A DNA stretch of 64,000 bases from Candidatus Udaeobacter sp. GTDB taxonomy: Bacteria > Verrucomicrobiota > Verrucomicrobiia > Chthoniobacterales > UBA10450. Shown here piece after piece: positions 54,090 through 63,563 of the stretch. Below the pieces are notes generated by a model. It did not search any database, was not told the origin of the DNA, and saw nothing but the letters and a program-made list of their open reading frames with translations. Position 1 is the stretch's first letter. Every line of letters starts with the position of its first letter. A program made the translations under genes and the position numbers. Where the stretch lies: positions 31,151 to 95,150 of the forward strand of contig DASREH010000135.1 of NCBI GenBank assembly GCA_035652195.1, given 5' to 3'.

Positions 54090-55481
54090 TTAGAATCCCA
54101 TCGCCGCTTGGAGGAGAAACGCGTTAGCATCTTCCCAATCGCTGCCAGTAGGTTTACGATCGCCCCATTCATACGCAGCTTTGATAACCGTGCTGCCGCC
54201 CAGCCAATAGTTAAGGCCGAGGGTCCAGCGGCGCTCGTCGAATGCGCCGGGCGCGTTAGAGGGCGAGTCGAGTCTGTCATATCGGCCGACAAGCTCAAGT
54301 TTATCGATGACTGGGACTTTCAGTTTGGAAGGCCGATACGCGAGCTGCACATAGCCGCCATTACGATGATTGCTAAAAGTAACTGGGCCGAAGCCCATGG
54401 AACCATCGGGATCATAGGTAAGCCGGCTCACTTGTGACCAAGCCCACTCACCGAGTACGTTAATGCCTCCCTTTAGCCAATCGATGTCTCGCGTGTAGCT
54501 AAGATCGACAGCCTGCAAGAGCACGCTCGCATCATGGGACGAAGTTCCACTTGCATCAACGCGCGCGTACTGAATCCCATAACCGGCCTCCAGTTCCGGC
54601 AAAATCCGCACGCCAACTCGTCCGCCCACAGCCTTGTTGTCGTTCGTATCGGTAAAGTTTTCGAAGTTGAGTGACCCTGCGTCATCTGCGCCGGTGTTCA
54701 GACGCGGACCATTCGAAACATAAGCAGCATACAAGAGAGTGACCGGCCCGATTGGAATGCCGCCGCGAACTTCTGCGCCGACTTCGGAAAATGGCAGCAG
54801 TCCGTCTTCTTCCCCGACTGCGAGTGGTTGATCCGGCAGCTTATTGATCCAGGCCGCGTGGAAACGCTCGCCGAAAATGTTCGATGGCGATAGAAACTTT
54901 CCTGCCCCGATGGTGATATAATCGTTGAGGAAATAGACAAGTTGCGCGTATTCCAAGTTTAATTCCGTCTCGTTGTCATTGAGCTCTAGCTCCAGTTCGC
55001 TCTCAAAGAAAAGTCGGTCGCTTAGCTGCCACAAAAAGATTGGCGATAGCCCGGCGCTAAAGGTGGACTTTTCACCATGTCGATCTTCAAAGCCTGCAAA
55101 ACCGTAACCGGTGAGCAGAAAATGAGTAGTGCCCGGCCTCGAGCTCTCGGCTGTTTCTTTAACCTTGGCTAATTGATCGCGGAGCTCATCAATCTCATTC
55201 TGAGACGTTGTCGTACTAACAACTTGTTTTCCATCCGACGGTTCTTTGTTAGGCGCGGGACCTTCCGCGGGTGCTGTCGCCTCCTGCTTCTTAATGAGCT
55301 CGGCCATTTGCACCTTGAGCGCCTCCATCTCGCCCTTCAGTTTGTCATATTCCTCGCGCGAGACGTACTTGTCCGGCGGCGGAGAGGAGTCCGGCGACGG
55401 CGAGGATTGTGGCTCTTGTGAATAAAGGGGCGCGCTGCCGATAACCAAAAGCGCGGCAACCAGGTGAATCGGCTTTTTCAT
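54090..55481 (-). CDS. Outer-membrane beta-barrel (porin-like) with an N-terminal coiled-coil
   Basis: It has a signal peptide and coiled-coil segments (EEYDKLKGEMEALKVQMAELIKK). Alternating beta-strand patterns follow, and the C-terminus ...LLQAAMGF ends in Phe. Confidence 0.7.
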   Translation of the reverse strand: MKKPIHLVAALLVIGSAPLYSQEPQSSPSPDSSPPPDKYVSREEYDKLKGEMEALKVQMAELIKKQEATAPAEGPAPNKEPSDGKQVVSTTTSQNEIDELRDQLAKVKETAESSRPGTTHFLLTGYGFAGFEDRHGEKSTFSAGLSPIFLWQLSDRLFFESELELELNDNETELNLEYAQLVYFLNDYITIGAGKFLSPSNIFGERFHAAWINKLPDQPLAVGEEDGLLPFSEVGAEVRGGIPIGPVTLLYAAYVSNGPRLNTGADDAGSLNFENFTDTNDNKAVGGRVGVRILPELEAGYGIQYARVDASGTSSHDASVLLQAVDLSYTRDIDWLKGGINVLGEWAWSQVSRLTYDPDGSMGFGPVTFSNHRNGGYVQLAYRPSKLKVPVIDKLELVGRYDRLDSPSNAPGAFDERRWTLGLNYWLGGSTVIKAAYEWGDRKPTGSDWEDANAFLLQAAMGF

Positions 55482-55488
55482 CACGCCT

Positions 55489-55869
55489 CTATTTGAGTGT
55501 CCGCATGTAGTTCACGACGTCCCAGCGTTGCTGCTCACTGAGTTTAGTGGCATACGAGGCCATTGGTTTTTTCCCTTCCGTAACTTTCCAGAACAAGGCG
55601 CCGTCGGTTTGTCCGCCAAGTTTCGTAAGATCGCCCGCCGGTACTTCCAAATCCTTCGCGGCCGGGCCATCTCCCTTGCCACCGCTGCCGTGGCACGACG
55701 CGCACTCGGCGGTATAAACAGCTTTGCCGCGGCCTGAAGAAGCTGCGTCGGCTTTGACAGGATTCTTCTTTGCGGACGCGCGTGCTGGCGCGACCCACTT
55801 TTCTTGCGCTCCCATTATTACGGCAACCACTCCCGCGGCAGCGGCGATGACTAACAATGTGCATTTCAT
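55489..55869 (-). CDS. Class I monoheme cytochrome c
   Basis: The start was reset to MKCTLLVIAAAAG (ATG at 55869, overlapping the upstream stop). Contains CASCHGSGGKGDG and a downstream Met ligand region (KKPMASY). Confidence 0.85.
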   Translation of the reverse strand: MKCTLLVIAAAAGVVAVIMGAQEKWVAPARASAKKNPVKADAASSGRGKAVYTAECASCHGSGGKGDGPAAKDLEVPAGDLTKLGGQTDGALFWKVTEGKKPMASYATKLSEQQRWDVVNYMRTLK

Positions 55870-56462
55870 GTTTTTGCTCCTTGTTTGATTTTGATGATTT
55901 GACTGACAACGAAAGCGTAACTCCCCCAGACGGCGACGAGAATTCCGGTAACGGCGGCGAGGAGGAGGAACGGTGCCCGCGGCGCCCACAATGCCCGCGG
56001 CACATGCCCCTGTTCCTGGAGAATCTTGACGTCGCCTTTGAGCGTGAACTGCGCGTCGATGATCTGCGGTGCTGTGGGCGCGGGCGCGGCCGCTGGCTCC
56101 GCCGGTGTGGCCGGCGCGGCTACGTCAGTGCTTGCTTTCACTTCGCCGGCAGAAGCTTCAGGCAACGTTGCCTGGGCAAGGATTTTCAATTCCCCCCCGG
56201 GCCCGCTTGGCAACCCTTCGGGAGCGGCGATAGCGGCCGATCCATCTTCAAGTGTTTTATCTTCGCCAATCGCTAACTTTCCAAAACTCCGCTGCACGTA
56301 AAACGAAACCGTGATGCCCTCTAGCGGCTTGCCATCGCGGGTCACGGTGGCAACGATCATTTTCTTGTTGTCTTCTACGTCAGTTTTCAGGGTCAGCGAG
56401 GGCGCGGCCGGGAGCGCGCTGCTTACCATTAACAATAAAAGGATTGGACTTATGATGCGCAT
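55866..56462 (-). CDS. Periplasmic beta-sandwich-like protein with a C-terminal TM anchor
   Basis: The start was reset to MRIISPILLLLMVSSALPA. An Ala/Pro-rich linker precedes the C-terminal helix FLLLAAVTGILVAVWGSYAFVV. Confidence 0.5.
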   Translation of the reverse strand: MRIISPILLLLMVSSALPAAPSLTLKTDVEDNKKMIVATVTRDGKPLEGITVSFYVQRSFGKLAIGEDKTLEDGSAAIAAPEGLPSGPGGELKILAQATLPEASAGEVKASTDVAAPATPAEPAAAPAPTAPQIIDAQFTLKGDVKILQEQGHVPRALWAPRAPFLLLAAVTGILVAVWGSYAFVVSQIIKIKQGAKT

Positions 56463-57808
56463 GCTATCGCCTCCGGTTGTCCGCGGCTTTCGCTCACTGC
56501 AATCGCACCCGGCGTTTCCGCTACTTCCCAAATCGAGACGATTGGAAAAATTTTCGAGAAGATGATGTAGAAAAGACAGGAAGCGGCAAACGCGCTCACC
56601 GTGATCGTCCATTCAACCCATGTTGGAATATAAACCAGGTGCGAACCGTGGACCGTTGAGGGCGGCATGAAAGGCGAGCCAAGCGTCGGGACGACGATCA
56701 CGTAGCGTTTCAACCACATTCCGACGTTGACCAGAATCGATGCCGTGATGATTCCTTTGACGTTGCGAAACGGAGGCAACACCAGGATGAGGGCGGGCAG
56801 GAACAAACCGATGATCGCCATGGTCCAAAACTCGATCGCGTAGGGGCCGCTAAAGATGGAAGAGAGCAGGTGTTGCTCGGCGCCGCCCGTATAGCCGGGC
56901 CCAAGGTATTCGTTGATGACAAAATACATGTAGGCAAAACACGAACCGAGAAGGAGAAGCGAGAGCTTCTTGAAATGATCGACTGTGATGTATTTCTCGA
57001 GATGAAACATCCAGCGAAAGAGCGCCATCACCGTCAGGACCGCTGCAATGCCTGAGTAAAGCGCGCCGACGACGAAATCCGGCCCAATGATCGTGCTGTG
57101 CCAGCCGGGACGCAGCGTCGTGCCGAAGAGCCACGCCGTTACGGTGTGGATCGACACCGCGACTGGAATTAAGACAATCGCGAGCACTGCGACTGCGCGC
57201 TCCAGCACGCGGTGTTGCTCGGGCGAACCACGCCAGCCCGCGGCAAGCTTCGTGTAGAGCCAGCGGCGCCAGCGCGAAAACTTCGTGGGGTGGTCACGCA
57301 GGATGGCGAGGTCAGGAATCAACGGCAGATATAGATAGAGTACGCTCCCGGCGAGATACGTCGTCAGCGACATCACATCCCAAATAATCGGCGATTGAAA
57401 ACGGCCATAGACGAAGACCTTCCAAAGCCGATCCGGTCGCCCCATATCTACGACAATCATGGCCGCGGCCAGCAGCAGCGCTATGACTGTAATTCCCTCC
57501 GCCATGCGCGTGATCGGCCTTCGCCATTGTGCGCCCGTGAGTCGTAGAATCGCTGAGATCAACGTTCCGGCCATGCTGATCCCGATGAAGAAAACAAAAT
57601 CGACAATGTAAATGCCCCACGAGAAATAATCCGTCATCGCAGTGACGGCCAGTCCGCGTCTCAGTTGATGCACCCAGGCTAAAGCGCCCGCCAGAACCAC
57701 TGCACCCAAAGCGCCAAGCACGATTTTTAGCCGGCGCGACATCGGCCCGAGCGTGCCGATGAGTTGCATTTCGATTTCTGCTTTCGTGTTGGCGTCTTGT
57801 TCAGCCAT
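56450..57808 (-). CDS. NrfD/PsrC-family polytopic quinone-interacting membrane subunit
   Basis: 452 aa with about 10 TM helices. FSWGIYIVDFVFFIGISMAGTLISA is typical of NrfD/ActC/DsrP proteins. Confidence 0.88.
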   Translation of the reverse strand: MAEQDANTKAEIEMQLIGTLGPMSRRLKIVLGALGAVVLAGALAWVHQLRRGLAVTAMTDYFSWGIYIVDFVFFIGISMAGTLISAILRLTGAQWRRPITRMAEGITVIALLLAAAMIVVDMGRPDRLWKVFVYGRFQSPIIWDVMSLTTYLAGSVLYLYLPLIPDLAILRDHPTKFSRWRRWLYTKLAAGWRGSPEQHRVLERAVAVLAIVLIPVAVSIHTVTAWLFGTTLRPGWHSTIIGPDFVVGALYSGIAAVLTVMALFRWMFHLEKYITVDHFKKLSLLLLGSCFAYMYFVINEYLGPGYTGGAEQHLLSSIFSGPYAIEFWTMAIIGLFLPALILVLPPFRNVKGIITASILVNVGMWLKRYVIVVPTLGSPFMPPSTVHGSHLVYIPTWVEWTITVSAFAASCLFYIIFSKIFPIVSIWEVAETPGAIAVSESRGQPEAIACAS

Positions 57809-58685
57809 GGATAGTTGCTTGGTTCGGCGCCGGATACATCCGGTCTTTGGGCGGCAAATAATAAACGCGCGGCTTTGTCCCCAGTTCCTCCATGTGCCGG
57901 TAACCGGCGCGATCTTTCAGCAACTTCGAAAGTCGCAAAGTCTCGCCGAGGCCGCTTGTGACCGCATCCTCGTTTTCATCGCCGTAGTAGATTGCGCCCA
58001 TCGGGCAGACAAAGGCGCACGCCGGAAGTTTTCCAGCCGCCGCCATGTCGGGACAAAAATCGCACTTTTCCACCGTGCCGACTTTTCTGGGATAACCACG
58101 CTCCGGAGAATACTGCTGTGATTTCTCCGCGGCTGGCTCTTCGGTCAACTCCCAGTTGAAGCTGCGGACATTGTACGGACACGCGGCCATACAGAGCCGG
58201 CAGCCGATGCAACGATCGTTGTCGATCAACACGACGCCGTCCTGGCGTTTGAAAGTTGCATCGACCGGGCAAACTTTCGTGCACGGCGGATTGTCACATT
58301 GGTAACAAGGTTGCGGGAAATAATATGGCGCGGTATTCTCGGAATCTTTAATCCGCAACACCTTGATCCACTCCCGCGTCGGCGGGATGAAGTGCATTTT
58401 CGAGCACGCCTCCGAACATTTGCCGCAGCCGTCGCACTTGGCCAAATCGATCGCCATGATCCATCGGCGGCCGGGAATGCCGACGCGCGCAGCGTCCCCT
58501 GTCAGCGCGTGCGTTGCTTTCATCGCTTCGGCATGAGTCTCGGCGGCGCCTGCCTTTTGGATCAAAACGCCACCGAACGCGACCGCACCCGCGGCCATCG
58601 CGGCGGAGCGCACAAACTGTCGTCGAGATAAACACGAACAACTGTGTTCATCGCAACCTTGCAGAGTCGGTGATGGCATGTGCAC
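57801..58685 (-). CDS. Tat-exported 4x[4Fe-4S] ferredoxin subunit (NrfC/DmsB/PsrB-like)
   Basis: Tat motif SRRQFVRSAAMAAGAVAF. Four Cys clusters are present: CDGCGKCSEAC, CYQCDNPPC, CIGCRLCMAACP and CDFC...CAFVCP. An alternative ATG lies at 58679. Confidence 0.9.
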   Translation of the reverse strand: MHMPSPTLQGCDEHSCSCLSRRQFVRSAAMAAGAVAFGGVLIQKAGAAETHAEAMKATHALTGDAARVGIPGRRWIMAIDLAKCDGCGKCSEACSKMHFIPPTREWIKVLRIKDSENTAPYYFPQPCYQCDNPPCTKVCPVDATFKRQDGVVLIDNDRCIGCRLCMAACPYNVRSFNWELTEEPAAEKSQQYSPERGYPRKVGTVEKCDFCPDMAAAGKLPACAFVCPMGAIYYGDENEDAVTSGLGETLRLSKLLKDRAGYRHMEELGTKPRVYYLPPKDRMYPAPNQATIHG

Positions 58686-58773
58686 GTAGTCCCGGTTCGA
58701 CCATCACGAATTTGCCGCGAGTGCCCGTTCGTGACTACGCACCTGAACGGAATCTATCCGCATTTTTTCCGTT

Positions 58774-59535
58774 TTATCCCCTTGCGAAACTGCGGAGCAA
58801 AATGATCGCTGCGACAGCGAACATGGCGATGCCGAACACAGTCTGCAGCTGTCGGTCGGAAATTCTTTTGCCAAGGTGCGCCCCTGCTATCATTGCCACC
58901 GCTCCGCTCCCGACGAATAACGCGGTCGCAATCACTGGTACGCGCTGGCCTGCAAGGAAGTGTGAAATAATCGCGGAGATTCCGATAAAAAAAACGATCG
59001 ATACCGAGGTGGCGATCGCGCGATGAATATGGATCCCGGCAAGCATGACGAGCGATGGAATGATGAGTAGGCCACCGATGCCAAGCAGACCGGCAAGAAT
59101 ACCAGTCGTTAGACCAGCTACTGCCAGGGCAAATCGCTTCGCGCCTTTTCTGGCGAGCACGTGTGAGCCCGGCATGGCCGGCTCCGCACCGCGAATTATC
59201 ATCCGCGGAGCAGTGACTATCACAACACATGCAAAGACCAGCATTAGTGACCTACCTGTTAGAAATCTTCCGATCCATGCACCGATCGGTGCGCCCGCGA
59301 TTCCCATAACCGCGATGAGTCCGCCAGCACGCAATTCAATTTCGCTGCGACGCCAACGCAGTGCTGTACTTAGCAACGAAAGAAACGCTACGGCAATCAT
59401 CGCCACACAGACAGCGCGATGTGGCGGGAGTCCGAGGGCATAGACGAGCATTGGCACGGCGAAAATCGACCCGACGCCCGTTAGGCCGAAAGCGAAGCCG
59501 AAAATAATCCCACAGACTAGAGCGAGAAGCCACAT
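58774..59535 (-). CDS. TauE/SafE family sulfite/anion exporter
   Basis: 253 aa with about 8 TM helices and internally repeated G-rich helices (GLTGVGSIFAVP... / GLLGIGGLLIIP...). Confidence 0.85.
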   Translation of the reverse strand: MWLLALVCGIIFGFAFGLTGVGSIFAVPMLVYALGLPPHRAVCVAMIAVAFLSLLSTALRWRRSEIELRAGGLIAVMGIAGAPIGAWIGRFLTGRSLMLVFACVVIVTAPRMIIRGAEPAMPGSHVLARKGAKRFALAVAGLTTGILAGLLGIGGLLIIPSLVMLAGIHIHRAIATSVSIVFFIGISAIISHFLAGQRVPVIATALFVGSGAVAMIAGAHLGKRISDRQLQTVFGIAMFAVAAIILLRSFARG

Positions 59536-59590
59536 TGCAACCTTTGCGCTTTAGGAGCGCCTATCGACGAACGGCGAGCAACTTCGGACT

Positions 59591-60187
59591 TCAGAACCTG
59601 ATCCCCAATTTCAAGAGCAATCCGACAAGTCCGATTGCGTCATCTTTGTGCGCCGTATGCAACAGAGCCTGCTCTTGTTCGGTCAGATGCCGACAGATGT
59701 AATGCGTGGCGTGCCGCAGTGAGATCGTTTCGAAATGCGGTTTTGCCTCATCCGGTTCTCCGCCTGAGAAGACTACAATGCGGATGCGGCAGTGTTGCGC
59801 TGGACCGCCGTGCGAGCAGGAGCGCTCGCCGCGAAGCACAGCCTCCGCAGTTGCGCGCGGGTCCTCGCAACAACCAAATCGGCGCAGAACAGTTTCAATA
59901 ACGGGCAAAGTGTAAGCAGCGCGATTCAAGCGGTAGTGACTTTCCTTTACTTCGCTGATTATCATGTCCATTCGATCAGTCGGTGCGTCGAGCAACGGAT
60001 CGGGCGGCAATGTCTGCCGCTTGCTCGGAATCCAGCGACCGGCGCGCGGGAAACGAATCGCAAGAACATCGACATCAGTAAGAGTAACAGTGTTTCCGTG
60101 ATTCAGACTAACGACCGGGTACTCCGTTTCAGTAAAATAGCCGTTGAGCCGGAGATACGCTTGAACCAGAGCAACGGCCGCGTCCAT
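59591..60187 (-). CDS. Hypothetical protein with a PD-(D/E)xK-like nuclease motif
   Basis: 198 aa. The string of E..YLRLNGYF, TDVDVLAIRF and MIISEVKE resembles a restriction-endonuclease-like core. Confidence 0.4.
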   Translation of the reverse strand: MDAAVALVQAYLRLNGYFTETEYPVVSLNHGNTVTLTDVDVLAIRFPRAGRWIPSKRQTLPPDPLLDAPTDRMDMIISEVKESHYRLNRAAYTLPVIETVLRRFGCCEDPRATAEAVLRGERSCSHGGPAQHCRIRIVVFSGGEPDEAKPHFETISLRHATHYICRHLTEQEQALLHTAHKDDAIGLVGLLLKLGIRF

Positions 60188-60196
60188 CAGCGCGCA

Positions 60197-61237
60197 CTAG
60201 GTAGTAAAGGCACAAAGGCTCTCGTGAGTTTCGGAGAGCCGGTTGGAACGCGGGAGCACTTCGCGCAACTGCACCGCCGCGGTTTCTGGAGCGGTGCTGT
60301 TGATGTAAATGCCGGCGCCGAGTTCAAACCCTGCGGCAACCGCCAGTCGCGGAACGATCTCGATATGCCAATGAAAACGCTCCGACAATTCCGTAGTCAG
60401 CAACATAAAATTGTAGGGTGGATCATTGAGACACAGATCAAGCCGCAAAAGCACTTCCTTAAAAATCGTAGCCAGATCACTCAACTCGGAATCGTCAACA
60501 TCGGCAAAGTGCGCCCTGCGTTCGATCGGCACGATCCAAGTCTCGAACGGGTGTCTCGACGCATAGGGTGCGAAGGCAACAAAGGATTTGCTCACGGCCA
60601 CTAACCGTTCTTCCTCGTTTAACTCTTGTTCAACCATGTCGCAGTAAACGCAGCGACCATATCTGCGCTCGTAGCGCTCAACTCCTTCAATTTTTATCCG
60701 CGCATATTGCGGGATTATCGGCGTGGCGATGATCTGTGAGTGCGCGTGCTGAATCGACGCGCCCGCCGCTTCGCCATGATTCCCGAAGATCAGCACGTAT
60801 TTGAGACGCTTGTCCGCGCGTAATGCCAGATAGCGCGCTCGATGTGCACTCAGCACAATCATTACCTCCGCTTCGCTCAAGTCCGCCAGTTTCGTGTCGT
60901 GCCGCGAAGTCTCGATCACAACTTCATGCGCGCCGGTCGGCGGCGCGACTTCGTAAATGCCATGATGCCGCCGCTGCGCTTTCGCTTCGCCAAAAAATGC
61001 CGGAAACTTGTTAGGAACAACGCGGACGGACCAATCGCCGGCTTCTCCGGACGGATAACGCAGCAGATCAGTGCTACTTGTGTCTTCGTGCCCAGGACAG
61101 AACGGACATGTGCTTCGCAAACCCTTTCGTTGGGAAGTAGTTTTTCGCGCCCGGGCAAAATCAGACGATCGTTTGCCCCGCTCTGGTGCGATATTCACCC
61201 ATTCAAGCGTGATTGGATCCTGGCGAAGCTCGGCCAT
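60197..61237 (-). CDS. galT: Galactose-1-phosphate uridylyltransferase family (class I HIT)
   Basis: Contains CPFCPGHE and the HAHSQIIATP active-site HxHxQ. 346 aa. Confidence 0.88.
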   Translation of the reverse strand: MAELRQDPITLEWVNIAPERGKRSSDFARARKTTSQRKGLRSTCPFCPGHEDTSSTDLLRYPSGEAGDWSVRVVPNKFPAFFGEAKAQRRHHGIYEVAPPTGAHEVVIETSRHDTKLADLSEAEVMIVLSAHRARYLALRADKRLKYVLIFGNHGEAAGASIQHAHSQIIATPIIPQYARIKIEGVERYERRYGRCVYCDMVEQELNEEERLVAVSKSFVAFAPYASRHPFETWIVPIERRAHFADVDDSELSDLATIFKEVLLRLDLCLNDPPYNFMLLTTELSERFHWHIEIVPRLAVAAGFELGAGIYINSTAPETAAVQLREVLPRSNRLSETHESLCAFTT

Positions 61238-61291
61238 TTCTTTTAATGCGTTTAAACCGCGCGGGCTCTTAAAAGCGCGCCTTTGCTATCA

Positions 61292-61594
61292 TCACCTGTC
61301 GATGTGCGCGGCCATCTCGGCATTCATCGCTTTGCGTTGCTCGAGCAGTTTGTTTATGACCGCAACAATCGCATCGATCCGCTTTTCGCCAGTAGCACTG
61401 TTCATCTGGGCGAGGAGCTTTTCAATTTCGGTATCCTGCGCCTTCTGTTGTTCTATTATTTTCGCATGAACCGGCATCATCTCGCGATGCTTCTGCTGAT
61501 TCATTCCCTGCATTCCGCCCGAATCTTGGGCGAACACCGTCGCGCTCTGAAGCGCGACGGCCAATGCGGCTGCCACTATGTATCTTACTTTCAT
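61292..61594 (-). CDS. Small secreted helical protein, Met/Gln-rich N-terminus
   Basis: The start was reset to MKVRYIVAAALAVALQSATVFAQ. It is followed by DSGGMQGMNQQKHREMMPVH and a helical tail. Confidence 0.45.
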   Translation of the reverse strand: MKVRYIVAAALAVALQSATVFAQDSGGMQGMNQQKHREMMPVHAKIIEQQKAQDTEIEKLLAQMNSATGEKRIDAIVAVINKLLEQRKAMNAEMAAHIDR

Positions 61595-61791
61595 GTTGGT
61601 GTCTCCGGTTATGATTCGCGGCACGTTGTCGCGTTCTTTTCACCACCCAAATTGCAAGGAAATTCCGCGGGTTGCTCCGCGTTTCTTCGGAAAGAACGCG
61701 CAATATTTCGCATCCAATTTAGCGCACAGTCTGGATCAACCAGCAAAAGCACTAGTCGATCACAGTTCCGCAACAGACCTCGTGCGGACGA

Positions 61792-63363
61792 TTACTGCTT
61801 ATAGTTGTTTTTCTTGCTTCCCCGCATCTTCGCAACCTCGGATGCGATTCGTGCAAGCTGCCTGCTTGTATCGTTGGGTGGGATCTTTAGTTCGATGACG
61901 GAAACACCGTTAGATTTTCGTGCGCGCCGCAGAGCCGCATCGAATTCCCCTTTCGTGGATGCCGTAGTGCTCTGACCGCCGCGCACAAGCTCGCAGACTT
62001 TCCTGTAATCCCACTGCGTGATCTGATTGAAACATCCGGCGCGGATGCTTCGCATTGTGCCGTAGCCGTCATTGTTAAGAATAATGATGATCGGATTGAG
62101 ATCGAGACGAACGATGGTCGAGATTTCGACACCAGTCATTTGGAATGCACCATCGCCGACCAAGACGTAGGGGCGTAGCTTTGCAGCAGCCATCGCTACG
62201 CCGATGCTTCCGGGAACAGCGAATCCCATCGACATGTAATATGCAGGCGCGATGAACTGCGCCTGCCGAGCGCTCCGGATACCCACTGCACCGAAGATCG
62301 CGTCGCCTACATCGGCGACAACACAGCAACGCTCGTCGAGATGTAGGGAAAGAATGCGAAAAACCTCGACCATGGTTAGCGAGTCGAAGCATTCTGCCTT
62401 TTTCAACGGTAAAGGTACCGCGTGGGGATTAGGATGGTGGAAGCGCTTCGGCTTAATCTTCGCAGTCGCGAGCGACTTAAGGAAATCGGGAAACTGAATC
62501 GATTCATAACGATGATATTGAACGCTCACGCGCTCGGTCGTTGCCAGAACCGTCCGTCTGCGATCGAGCTTCGCGGTGTAAAAGCCCATGCTCATGTCGG
62601 TGATGAAAGTGCCCAACATGAGAACGAGGTCAGCCGATTCCACGTACTTGCGGACATGTTCGTCGCTGCTCATCGCCCCGCCGTAAACGCCGATGTACAG
62701 ACGATGATTCTCCGGAACGGCACTCTTGCTTAAGAGATCAGCCGCGATCGGAATGTTCATGCGTTCGGCCATTCGTATGACTAGTCTAGCGGTGCGATAA
62801 CGCGCCAATTCTACGCCCGCCAGAATCACTGGTTTCTTGGCAGCACGAATAAGGGTGAGCGTCTCTTCGAGCGCCGCTGTTAGCGTGCGGGAATCGGACT
62901 CTTCGGGTACGCCGGCAGAAATTCCGCTTACTGGAATCTTGCGGTCCACCATGTCGTGCGGGATCTCGATATAAACAGGCCGCTTGTGACGCAGACACGC
63001 TTCGACACAACGGACAATCTCGGAAGCTGCTCGCTGCTCATCAAGCAAGACAGTACTTGCGACCGTCACTTCGTCGTACACCCGGCGTTGAGTTTCGAAA
63101 GTCTTGACCTTGTGATGAAGCAACGGGTCTTTTTCGCGATCTTTCCGGCCAGGCGCGCCGCTTACGACTACTACCGGTGATTTCTCGGCGTACGCGCCGG
63201 CAATTGCATTCAGAACATTGAGACCGCCCACACAATAAGTAACGCACACCAAACCGATGCCGTTGATGCGCGCATAAGCATCAGCCGCAAATCCTGCCGC
63301 GGGTTCGTGCGTCATGGTGATGCTTCGGATTTTCGACTTCTCAAGCCAGCTAAACGTGGGCAA
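61792..63363 (-). CDS. Thiamine-diphosphate-dependent alpha-keto acid (indolepyruvate/pyruvate-type) decarboxylase; the 5' end appears frameshifted
   Basis: A GDGAFQMT...NNDGY TPP-binding motif is present. The N-domain lacks its first ~35 residues in this frame. The matching sequence (...VKRVAANEAAG) lies in another frame upstream, up to the ATG at 63503. Confidence 0.85.
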   Translation of the reverse strand: MPTFSWLEKSKIRSITMTHEPAAGFAADAYARINGIGLVCVTYCVGGLNVLNAIAGAYAEKSPVVVVSGAPGRKDREKDPLLHHKVKTFETQRRVYDEVTVASTVLLDEQRAASEIVRCVEACLRHKRPVYIEIPHDMVDRKIPVSGISAGVPEESDSRTLTAALEETLTLIRAAKKPVILAGVELARYRTARLVIRMAERMNIPIAADLLSKSAVPENHRLYIGVYGGAMSSDEHVRKYVESADLVLMLGTFITDMSMGFYTAKLDRRRTVLATTERVSVQYHRYESIQFPDFLKSLATAKIKPKRFHHPNPHAVPLPLKKAECFDSLTMVEVFRILSLHLDERCCVVADVGDAIFGAVGIRSARQAQFIAPAYYMSMGFAVPGSIGVAMAAAKLRPYVLVGDGAFQMTGVEISTIVRLDLNPIIIILNNDGYGTMRSIRAGCFNQITQWDYRKVCELVRGGQSTTASTKGEFDAALRRARKSNGVSVIELKIPPNDTSRQLARIASEVAKMRGSKKNNYKQ

Positions 63364-63563
63364 GGCGAAATCGCCGGGAATACCGAAGCTGTGACGGACC
63401 CAGCGGCCTCGTTCGCGGCAACGCGTTTGACGCTAAGCGTGGCGATTTGAACCGGCGTCTCACCAACTAATCGTCGTAGCTCTCGAATGCGCGAACTACG
63501 CATCCGTACGGAAAAGCTGCGCCATTTTTCGGTATCAGGCGCCGCGCCGCAGAGTGACAACCG

